Shown: positions 28,701-40,700 of the stretch, piece after piece
How the letters are laid out: every line of letters starts with the position of its first letter
Position numbering within the stretch: the stretch's first letter is position 1
Assembly: GCA_002633005.1 (NCBI GenBank)
Contig: NMRA01000195.1
Location: 656,378 to 720,377, forward strand
Length of the DNA stretch: 64,000 nucleotides
Reading direction: 5' to 3'
DNA from: Phoronis australis
Lineage: Eukaryota; Animalia; Phoronida
Made by a program: the position numbers and the translations under genes
Notes under the pieces: model-generated
The model's database searches: none
Told to the model about the DNA's origin: nothing
The model's input: the letters and a program-made list of their open reading frames with translations, nothing else

Positions 28701-31700
28701 CATCTCTGACCAGACTAAGCCTACAGAATGGTAAGATAACCAACATTCCACAGCGTGTTCATGAAGCATTCCCTAACTTACGAATTCTTAAGTTGAATGA
28801 CAATGAGATAGGACAGCTTCCAGAAGACTTTGTTAAATCTCACCCATACCTTCTCACGCTGAGCCTCAGCAACAACAAAATAGCACAGATCCCTGACAAC
28901 ATATTTTCTTCATCAGCAAGTCTATTTGGACTTAACCTAAGTGGAAATGAAATTACCAGTCTTACAAAAGAGTCACTACAAGGCTTGAGGTCCCTATTCA
29001 GCTTGGATGTGTCATCTAACAGACTGACTACTCTGCCGGAAGCTGCAATCAAAGAGCTTCCTAGTCTTACAATGTTCTACTACCACAACAATCCTTGGAA
29101 CTGTGATTGCAGTCTTAACTGGCTACGCGACTCGGCTGTGTCACAGAATGGCTGGCATAATAAGGCTAATTGTGCATCACCATCTAGATTCGTAGGGCAG
29201 TCGGTCCTGTTCTATGATACTAACCAGTGCTCTGATGATACCACGACTGCTCTGGCACCAACTGTCCATGTGACAACTCAGGAAGAACCAGAGAAGACAA
29301 AATCTCATTCAACAACAAGGACACCTCTGGAAACAACTACACCGCAAGCCCAAGACAGAACTACACAACAAGCACAAGAGAGAACTACACCTCAGGCACA
29401 AGAGAGAACTACATCACAAGCACAAGACAGAACTACTCCTCAAGCCCAAGACAGGACTACATCTCGAACGCACGAAAAAACAACAACTCTATTAGAAGAA
29501 AACACCAAATCTATTGAGCAGACCACAACAGAAAAAACACCAAAGACAACAAAAGAAGCAGCAACTGATACAACTCAGAAACCTCCAACTGAAAAGACAA
29601 CAACAACAACGAAAAAGGTAAGTTCCGCTATGTATGTCACAAGCAATTTTTATAAACAAAGCTTACTAATGGGCTTTACTATCATTTGCCATATAAATCA
29701 ACATACACAAGTTAATTCCAAAGTAATGTTGTAATTTCAAAGATGCAACAAGCAAACCAGCTTTTTAAATCACTTGACAGTTACTCACAATTTGATGTTT
29801 CATAGCAGTCTGGGTCAATTTCATCGAAGGATAACAACAGAGCAGATAAATTACGAGATACAATTATGTAACATATCTTACAGTCTCACTGTGCCCTTAA
29901 ATGGTTAATAATAGCTTGGTTTGATTTTCAAAACGTGTCTTTGAAGTCTGAAGATGGATTTCATGCTTGGCCTCATCCGCAGTACTTAGTACTGTGTCAA
30001 TAGATATGTATAAGAGCCTCTAGTGCCAATGGCCCACCATATCATGAAAACTGATCTAAGTTTCTTCCACATGGAAAGCAATGATTACTTTTTGTAGCCT
30101 TATAGACATAGGGGCCTATGTAACAAACAGCACATGTGATGCTAGAAACTACTTATATTTTATCAGCATTTGAAAACCTTTCATGTCTCGAATACTTACG
30201 GAATGGGAGATATTTCTAATGAAACTTTCGATGAACTTTACAGGAAACCACGCCTACCAGAATAGGTCAAGTAACTTCACCAACTGCCCAGTCTGATGGT
30301 CAGAGCAACAGAGTGGTTGATCCAACGGTGATGCCTGGCTTGACCACTGTGACCGTTATTGTCATCGTAGTGGCTGCGGCCATAATGCTTTTCATGGTCA
30401 TCATTTTGTGCATAATTGGTGTGACCAGGAAACAACAGGGCAGTCAAACATCCAAGCAACAGTTAAGTCACAGTTCAAGGAATTCTGCACAAGACTTCTC
30501 TGAGATGGAGGAAGGCAGTAGTGAGGAAAACCAAAATGTCTATGATAACAACACTTTTGACTTCCTATCAAAAGAATCATCTGATGAGACAGGGGCTAAG
30601 GAGACAGAAGGTGATGAGACAGTGGCCGGACTTAGTGAGATTGAACTGAATATGGCATGACAACATAATTACCGTAGATAGTAAACCCTCAAAAAGGTTA
30701 ATAATGGAGAATTATATTGTTTTAAAAATATTTCACCACAAAATCTTTCAGAGTTTAAAATTTTGACTATTTCTCTTCTAATTTTAGTCTTAGTTTACAT
30801 GATTACCTTTGAGATTTTAAAATTGATTTTTTTTTCGTTTTGTCAACAAGTGCTTATAAAATATTAGTGCCACATACAGTTGACCTGCTGACTAACAAGA
30901 CATGAATGGTAAGTGAGTCAGAGGCTGAAAACTGAAATCTGAAATAGCCTTATATCTAAACAACACTAACAGTGTAAAAGAATACCTATTAAATAAGATC
31001 ACCTAAGTTTTCAACCACATGACAAGAACTAGAACAACTTTTTTCAACAAAATCAAAATTTTAAATCTTTAAATCTGTAACTCTCTCATAACCCCAAATG
31101 TACTGTGATTTCACTTTGTGGTTGGTCCGATAGTAACGGTTTATCTGGGCAATTCTATAACCACTACGGTAAATATTGCCCTGTTGCTGATAAATACATT
31201 TTAGCGATGATACCATCCACAAGTTGTTACTAATAATGTGACAGGAATCAATAAGGTTTACAGTTCCCATTTACTTCCAAGAGTGTACCGAGAACTGCAA
31301 ACTACCTCTCTGTAGCAGCTGGCTGGCAGAGCACAATATAGCAAAAAGTAGAATTTTATTTCAATTTGTAAGATTTATTTTATTATTTGCATAGTTTGTA
31401 TTGCTCAGCTGTCAATAAAATTTTAATCGTTCACTGCAGCGCAGTAAATCTTGGAGCAATATCAGCAATTATTTTTGTCAAGAACTGAAAAATATTACCA
31501 CGCTCAAAAGAGTTTTAGACACACTGATATATTTTGTTGAAACAGTATTATTTTGTAAAGGTGTGTACTTTAAATACAGATTTTGCTTTTGTTTTGCGTT
31601 CATTTTGTTTAAATGTGTTTTAATATAAGTTTGCCTTAAGTTTTGAATTGTTTTACACGATCTCATATAGGCCTAGGGGAAAATTTGAAATGGCTATGTC

Positions 31701-34700
31701 AGCTAACCATATTCAACAGTTAATCCTCTCCGTCCTCGTGACCATAAAGAGAGAACGTCCTTTATTTAAAATTTTAAAAGTGATCTTCTGTCAGCACATT
31801 ATCAATGGGTTTAAACATTGTCACCCAGCTCTCTACACATTGAAACAGTTGGTCTCACGTGATGATTTGTGTAGATCTGCCACTCTCAATAACTGTCACA
31901 CCTCCAGTAAGACTGTAGAACATGACAACTATTGCAAGACTGCAGTAATCAACTTATCTATCATTCATCTATCATCAACACCAACCATGCTCAAAATTTT
32001 CTTAAATTCATACTTAATTTCAGTAACTGTGCATAGTGCTAGAACTGTATATATTCTAATTATCACTATGGACTTAGGTTCATCTTGATCATAGTATGTA
32101 ACGTAAGAGTGTAGCAGATAAGTGTGTACACTATGAATGATTATGTAGCTAGGATCATCTTATGGCAATGTTTACAATCTTTAGTGTGACAATTTGTGAA
32201 CTTGTCCGTATTTATTATTGTCTATCAGGCGTGAGTTGCTTAAAATCGCCTTAGCATCAGAAGGTGACTCTCAGGGAAAGAATAGGACTCTCCTTTTTAA
32301 CTCAACTAGTCAACATTTCTTATTTTACACCCTTACATTGTAGACTAAGTGGAATGTATTGATTGGTTCATCACTTGGTTTCAATGCTGTAAACTTAATT
32401 AATTCAAATAACTTTAAATTAATTTTTAATGTGCTTGACTTTAACCCCATGCTGCCTTTCTGCTTAAAGTGTTTTTAAGTTACTCAGTTGAGAGAAATAT
32501 AGCAATATGTTAATTATGAATTATACTACATCTATTGTTTGCACTGTATTATGCCTAACTCACTGTAAATTTGAAAACAAAGAATATATTCAATATAGTT
32601 TACAACATGAGATATGTTATTGAAATGTACAGAAAATATATATATTCGTTTACAAATTTTGTGAATATTGTGATTTTTTTTCACATGAATAATGCATTGC
32701 AGGGGAATGCTCACTCAAGAAGAGGTATGCACCTTCACACAATACATTTTCCTAAAGTCAGTTAAATATTTTTGTGATGGTGATGGGAAACTTCACGAAA
32801 ATCCTACGTGCTATGTACTCCTTTCTTCTAATATTGACTTTTTGTTAGAAGGCTCACAACATTTTTAAGATTCCAAAGTCTACTTTTAAATTAAACTTCT
32901 TAATGAGAGACAAACCAACAGTATTACCATTGTCACTTGCTTTGCACTACACAGATGACCATTGGTCATTCACCTGGCAAAGAACAATGGTCAGAGGTAT
33001 ATGACCAATACCTAAGATAATAGTGTATTTGGCGAATTACCTGCCAGTTACTTACAGAGCAACAGAACCAGAATGAGGCTTGATATCCTTTGAAACAAGA
33101 GCGATGCAGAGCATTGAAATGCGCCCACGAATGCACCGTAAATGGTGTGCTTCTAGGGGTGTTTATTTGTACCATCAAAATGGCTACTAGATGGTGCAAA
33201 ATACTTTGAATCCATCAAAAAAGGGAAATGTCACCGTTTCTTTAACAGAAATCTATTTACAACATCCGTCAAGGAACTTAAGAGATACAGAGGAAAACAG
33301 AAAAAAATGAAATTGCCACTAGGGGACACAGCATTCGTCGGATCCATCTGAAAGTTGTTGTCTGCCATTGTCAACTTCATGTAAAATACACTTGCTAAAT
33401 TTAATAAAGATCCTGTAGTGGGCCTCGCAGATACAGTTATGGGTGCAAAAAACTGCCAATAGAAGGCACCACAGTAATTGAAGTCGTTGGAAAATCATCA
33501 TCAACCCTGACCGGTATTCTTCACACTAAGAACATAATTAGCCAACTTTTACAATCATCCTAAGTGTGATTTGGCTGGCAGAGGGCGGACGCCAAAAACA
33601 GACTTGAAAACAGTAAAATTGGCCACTAGATGGTGCAAAATACGTCAAATCCGTCTAAATGTTATTGTTTCTTTAACAGAAAAATCTTTTGTTTTTGTCA
33701 ACTTCATATAAATACAAGTGGTAAATTTAATAAAGACCTTGCAGGAGGCGTTACAGTAGTCAAAGTCGTCGGAAAATCATCGTCAACCGTCCTCTTTATA
33801 GTAAGAACATACATGCCAATTTTCACAATCATCCTTAGTCAGAGTGGTTTGGTTGATAGAGGGGCAGTCGCCAAAAACAGACTCAAAAGTAGTAAAAATG
33901 GCCACTAGATTGTGCAAAATGCCTCGAATCTATCCGAAAAAGAAAGGATAGCATCATCTCATTTAATAGATGCCTATGTGCCAAATTTCATGAATATTGG
34001 TTGAGGACCTTTGACAATACAGAGCCAAACAAAAAAACTAAAAAATTGCCACTAGGGGCACAGCGGTATTCGGGTCAGTCCGAAACTCGTCCCCATAGGA
34101 ACATACCTCTCGAATTTCAATAAGATCCTGCAACGGGTTTAGGAGACACAGCCACGGATGCCGGACACCCAGACAGAGATGATGACAATATGCACCAATG
34201 CGGGCGCATAAAAAACACTGAGCTGACAATGGTAAAAGTGGTAAGATAACTGTGTGTAAGAAAAATTGGACTAACTGTTGAAAACAGTCCCGAAAACTTA
34301 GTGGAATAATGTGTCTGCACGGCTGGCAGAAAGTCAAGGGTTCAAGCCACGGTCCGGACAGAAATCTTTTCAGACTTAACTAAAGGTCACGTGATGAAAC
34401 CAACACAGCATGCAAGAAGACAAACAATTCTCGCTAATTTTAGTCTACCTTTATTCAAAGAGACCTACATAACTCTGTCCATCGTCATACTGAGATACAG
34501 ATGACTGAATCTCTCAATATACATCATATGTCACCAGATCCAGGATTTTTTGGGAAAGATGTCTAGGGAGTTACAAAGAGTTGCCTGTGGGGAGTTGCTT
34601 GGGGTATGAGGATATGAAAAAAATCATGACAATTACGTGTAGTGGCCTATTGTGATTGCAGCTCCCAATTAACAAAGAATGTACTCTACTTCAACCTACA

Positions 34701-37700
34701 ACTGAGGCCCTCAGTCATTGGGAAGACTAGTGATACTGGAAAAAGATATGTGCATTGTGAACTCACTTATAAATCCTTTGATGCCAAGCGATTCAATCTC
34801 CGTATACACCAGCAGTCTCGCGTACGTCTCTATCATGGCTGGTGCCAGGGCGGGACTGGCTTTGTTTTGTGCGACTCTCATCACACTCTGAACTATTTGA
34901 TGGATCAGGCTGAAATGGAAAATCATGAAGATCTCAGTTAAAGTTGCACCTTATTCAGTGTAGACATATTGGACCTTAAGTCACTTCCTCCAACATATTG
35001 GTCTCAAAATCTTTATTACCTGACAGGACTTTGTCATTTCTGTTGCCACAGATTATATTGAGAGAATTAACAGAAAAGAAATTCAGAAAATCTCTGTCTT
35101 ACAAAAGTTGACAGCTTCCATTAGCACGTTTTCTCTCTCAGTTTCAACTCAATGTTGATGACAATGCTAACAGAGCAACAAAATGTCAAGTTCTGTAGCA
35201 TAAGCTAGGGAGTACAGTGTTAAGCTTCAGTACAGTCTAACAACTACCACACTGCATACGAACACAGATTTTCTTAAAGTTATTTAATATTCCTATCTCA
35301 TCATCATTACCTGGAAAAGCAAGAAAAACCGTTTAGTGACGCAGTGCAAAGTGATTCCAATTTTACAGTGACCAGTTTGCTAAGACAAAGTGTCCATTTA
35401 TCTACCTCATCTTGGCATGTACAGTAAGTGAATCCAATAGTTTCATGGGCAACGGCTGGGTAGGAGCTGATGCTGATATGTTGCCAGGTAACATGGTCAC
35501 AGACGTGTTGTTGCCATAGATACTTTCAACCAAAATGCCCAAAGGGCGTGAGAATCGCTCTGGGTTAGTACTGTCTGTAAATCAAGTAAGGGACAAGTGA
35601 GCATTGAAAAGTGAACACGTTAATGCAAACATCAATTTAGAGCAACGCAAAGCAATGAAATACGTCCATGACTGCACTGCAGAGACCTTAAAATCCTTTA
35701 GGTTTTGGGTCTGTGTGATGCAAAGTACACAAGAACTTTCTTGCAGTGCGAAAAGTGCAATCTCTTGGTAGGACTTGACAAAAAATCTGATTCATATAAG
35801 ACTAGATGAATAGCAGGCGACATCTTGCCATTAAACAAACAATTTTTGATCAATGTTTGGCAGCAAATTTGCTGACTATGCCCGCATAAAGAGTGCCTTG
35901 AGTCCTTGCTGAAAAAGCCTTCTATATAAACAAATGGGCAACTTAAGTTTGGGCTGAGCGGCTTTATTTTCTGGATTTTGAGGCGTTTTGCTAATACAAA
36001 ATTGCAACAAATAACAAACAGAATTCGTCAACGTTTCATAGCATGCCTTGATGCCTAGGTCATAATATCACTCAGATTCAGAGTGTATAGAAAACAAGAG
36101 CAACGCGGAGCGTTGAAATGCGCCCACAATTGCACCGCATACGGTATCCTTCTAGGGTTGTTTCTTGGTACCATAAAGTGGCCAGTAGAGGGCATACTTT
36201 GCAAAATGGAAAGGCATGGTCATTGTCTCCTCAATAGGCTAGGGGCAAAATGTGAGTAATCTTCATAATACAAGCACATCCTATACACCAGTTGCTTAAA
36301 GCACCACAGAAACATAGAATTAAAAACAAATTTACCAACATACGAGATTAGCACAGCATTAGAATGCCAGAAANNNNNNNNNNNNNNNNNNNNNNNNNNN
36401 NNNNNNNNNNNNNNNNNNNNNNNNNNNNNNNNNNNNNNNNNNNNNNNNNNNNNNNNNNNNNNNNNNNNNNNNNNNNNNNNNNNNNNNNNNNNNNNNNNNN
36501 NNNNNNNNNNNNNNNNNNNNNNNNNNNNNNNNNNNNNNNNNNNNNNNNNNNNNNNNNNNNNNNNNNNNNNNNNNNNNNNNNNNNNNNNNNNNNNNNNNNN
36601 NNNNNNNNNNNNNNNNNNNNNNNNNNNNNNNNNNNNNNNNNNNNNNNNNNNNNNNNNNNNNNNNNNNNNNNNNNNNNNNNNNNNNNNNNNNNNNNNNNNN
36701 NNNNNNNNNNNNNNNNNNNNNNNNNNNNNNNNNNNNNNNNNNNNNNNNNNNNNNNNNNNNNNNNNNNNNNNNNNNNNNNNNNNNNNNNNNNNNNNNNNNN
36801 NNNNNNNNNNNNNNNNNNNNNNNNNNNNNNNNNNNNNNNNNNNNNNNNNNNNNNNNNNNNNNNNNNNNNNNNNNNNNNNNNNNNNNNNNNNNNNNNNNNN
36901 NNNNNNNNNNNNNNNNNNNNNNNNNNNNNNNNNNNNNNNNNNNNNNNNNNNNNNNNNNNNNNNNNNNNNNNNNNNNNNNNNNNNNNNNNNNNNNNNNNNN
37001 NNNNNNNNNNNNNNNNNNNNNNNNNNNNNNNNNNNNNNNNNNNNNNNNNNNNNNNNNNNNNNNNNNNNNNNNNNNNNNNNNNNNNNNNNNNNNNNNNNNN
37101 NNNNNNNNNNNNNNNNNNNNNNNNNNNNNNNNNNNNNNNNNNNNNNNNNNNNNNNNNNNNNNNNNNNNNNNNNNNNNNNNNNNNNNNNNNNNNNNNNNNN
37201 NNNNNNNNNNNNNNNNNNNNNNNNNNNNNNNNNNNNNNNNNNNNNNNNNNNNNNNNNNNNNNNNNNNNNNNNNNNNNNNNNNNNNNNNNNNNNNNNNNNN
37301 NNNNNNNNNNNNNNNNNNAAAATCCGTTCAGGACTTTTGAAGATACAAAGGTAAGCGTAAAAAACTAAAATTGCCACTAGGGGGCACACCGGTAGTCGGA
37401 TCCGTCCGAAAGTTCGCACATGCCGTCCCATTCATGAATGGAACATATGTGCCAAATTTCATGAACGTATGACAAAGGGTTTTGGAGATAGAGCAGCGGA
37501 CGCCGGACGCCAGACGCCGGACGGACGCCGCCCGGACGGACGTACGGACGGACGGACGGACAGAGATGACGGCATAATGCGTCCACATATAAATATGTGG
37601 GCGCATAACAAAAGCATGCAACTTACAAGCATTGCTTAGTAGAGCAATAGCATAGCTGTGTTCAGATATGGTTACATTGGTTGTCTGCAGCTGTTTCAGG

Positions 37701-40700
37701 AAACTGTAAGTAAAAGGTCATGTATTCTAAGCAATAATAATTATCACAAGTAGGATGGAAATCCTGTCAGATAGTTTGCTTATTTAAGAATGTGACTGTC
37801 TGGTGGCAGGAAAGAGTCCCAAATAGGGGATCAATTAAGTTCTCTAAATATTTTGCCCATTTGTGTCATTGTTTGCTTACAGACATTCTATTGAATTTTC
37901 AACCACTTTAATTTCATTATAAGCTCCTCTTCGATTTCTGACATTTTCTAATAATTAATTAAGAACTGAAGCCTTAGTTCTGAAAATATTCTAGGGACCT
38001 AAAATTAAGCATGTTACATGAAAGGATGCAGAGTTCACTCTCGATGTCTATCAAGAAACTAAAAAATAGATTTTAGTTAACTTAGTAATGATACTAAAAC
38101 AGCATAATGAACAGTCAGTGTTTTCACAGGTCCACAAATATGCAGTAGATATAGAGAACTTAGTTGAATCCCTATTTGGGGTTGTTTCATGCAACCGGCA
38201 AACGTTCACCTCAGCCATAAATCACGAGGTGAATATTAACACATAGATAGACCTTAGATTAAACCTAAACTGAATTTGTGACAACATATTCGATGTAATC
38301 TGGAATTTAGATCAAAGTAGACTGACTAGCCAGTAAAAGAGTTTGAATAACTCAAGAATGAGATTTGTTTCAACAGTTGTGTTATCTGTTTAACCAAATT
38401 TCACAAACAGTCCAATATAGTTATATTAAACACCCACAATGACTACTAGTTAAGATTACAACTATCTTGATGGCATTTCACAATTGACCAGCTCCATTAG
38501 ATGTGTCCCTGGGGTCTGTTACATTAAAGTAAATCAAGACTTAAATAAAAACATCTGGTCTTATGCTTCCATTTCACAATTGATGAACGAAGGTTTAGCC
38601 AAGTTATTATGAGTACATTACAGTCTAGAAATAATGAACAAAGGTTTAGCCAAGTTATTATGAGTGCATTACAGTCTAGAAATAATGAACGAAGGTTTAA
38701 TCAAGTTATTATGAGTGCATTACAGTCTAGAAATAATGAACGAAGGTTTAACCAAGTTATTATGAGTGCATTACAGTCTAGAAATAATGAACGAAGGTTT
38801 AGCCAAGTTATTATGAGTGCATTACAGTCTAGAAATAATGAACGAAGGTTTAATCAAGTTATTATGAGTGCATTACAGTCTAGAAATAATGAACGAAGGT
38901 TTAGCCAAGTTATTATGAGTGCATTACAGTCTAGAAATAATGAACGAAGGTTTAGCCAAGTTATTATGAGTGCATTACAGTCTAGAAATAAAATTTATAG
39001 AAATTATCTGAGTAACTAACAGTTATGTGTATTTTCTCACGCTTACAACATCTGCATCTAGTGAGATTTAAATATTTTTCATAAATAGTTGTGTTGAGCG
39101 AAACGCTAAATTTATGACCTAAGTTTTAACTCACTTTTCATGAAACGGAACCTAGGATTGAACACAATGGTACATCAGTGGTCATCATTAAGACATTAAT
39201 GAACGTAGTCCGATACCTGATGTGGGAAAGTAGTGGGTTAGGTATAGGTCTGCTCAAAGACATTTTCTGGCTCTCAGCCTTCTTAGACAAGTGAATCCAA
39301 ATACACGTGGCGGCCATTACGCGGGTACAGTTGGGGTCAGACAAGTCCGGCACTGGGTGGGGCTCCTTCTCAGGATACAGGATATCATGCAACTTCATCA
39401 CCGGCAAGAAGTCACTCAGCTGTGAAAAGCAGAAGTGAAATAGTGATATAACAACTAATCATTTCTTACACGATAGCAAGTGTGTGGTGACCTGTGCTGA
39501 ATAACTAATACCATTTCAAGTTGACACATTTCAATGTGTATATGGCTATCAATGGTTAGTAATTGTAGACGTTTGAACAGAAAGAAATAAACATTAAACA
39601 TTCTTACATCGAAAAAGTCTTGTCGTTCTCATACAAACAGTGCCAACGAAATTGAACAAAAATTGATTTTTAAGTGGTACAACAATATTAAAAAATTGGT
39701 AGGAAAGGTTTATTTCACGTCCAAATGTCAAAAACTCCCTAGCCAAGTGAGCCAAAGAGAATTGAAGAAGAAACAATGATGAGATAGGGGTTACACCAAA
39801 TTGCTTTCCTCAATTTGGCAATTCATGGACCAGGTGAGTTCAAGATTAATCAAGCATTTTGTGCTTGTAGGGGATAACTGGTGTGCACAGTGGCTTAGAA
39901 TTTCGCTGAGGTTTGGAAATTGTGGGTATCCTTCACACACAACAGACCTTTGAATTTGACATGCAAGGTCAGTGATTGCAGTTCTTTGTGAACCCTGCTC
40001 TCCATACAACTGCCCCAGTTGGCCACTGCAAGTGAACACAGCTTAACTCATTCGACCCTGAGCACCATATGGAATAAATTGCTTAGTGGCCTGGCTGAGC
40101 TGTGGAATGTCTACCCCCTTGAAGTCGGAGGGTATTTCACTCAGAACTAGGTCACAAGCACTGCACATAATTAAAACCTCATCACTCAGTTATTAGTAAA
40201 CATATACTTACCAAATTTTCAGCAATACATCTTGAGTAAATGAGCTTCATGTTGATATAAAATTTATCCAAGTTCAATATCGATAAAGGGTTGAACAAGT
40301 AGTTTTACTTTTTGTTTTCCAGAAACAAAGACGTTTGTTTACAAATAATCCATTTAAATTTCCAGAAAACATGTCAAGAAAGTTTTCTGTGTAGCATATC
40401 CTCATCATAAACTAGATCACTGAAATCTGTATCTAAATCTGACCACTCAGTGCCATCAGTATCCACACTATCATATCCATAATCACTGAAGTCTATATCT
40501 AAATGTGACCAGTGTCATCAGTATCCACACTATCCTCCATAATAAAAACTTCAAGAACTGTGAGAGAGCAGCAAAGATGATGTCCGTACAATATCAAGGC
40601 AGCAATTTCAAGTGAGTGTGTGCACAGTGCTAGTCACAGAATAGAATGTTCCTAGTAATTGAACATTTTGTTATTGTTTCTGATCAGTTCAAATAAAATA

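Noticed and set aside
17753-30660. Toll/TLR, Slit or chaoptin identity
   Set aside because: No TIR, EGF, LamG or cystine-knot domain and no GPI-type end; no gene symbol can be supported.
34320-34360. tRNA-like B-box (GGTTCAAGCC), with a similar motif near 47925-47940
   Set aside because: No cloverleaf can be built; at most a SINE fragment.
10696-34766. VLR-like somatic assembly locus (flanking LRR donor cassettes)
   Set aside because: The LRR gene is complete in the germline, and I saw no isolated LRR fragments in the flanking DNA.
36220-37431. ORFs spanning the N-gaps (also 60850-61843)
   Set aside because: Artefacts of N runs.
38583-39019. 136-aa repetitive ORF and CRISPR-like appearance
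   Set aside because: A head-to-tail minisatellite with no unique spacers and no cas genes, in a eukaryotic intron. The 51-bp unit is simply stop-free in one frame.
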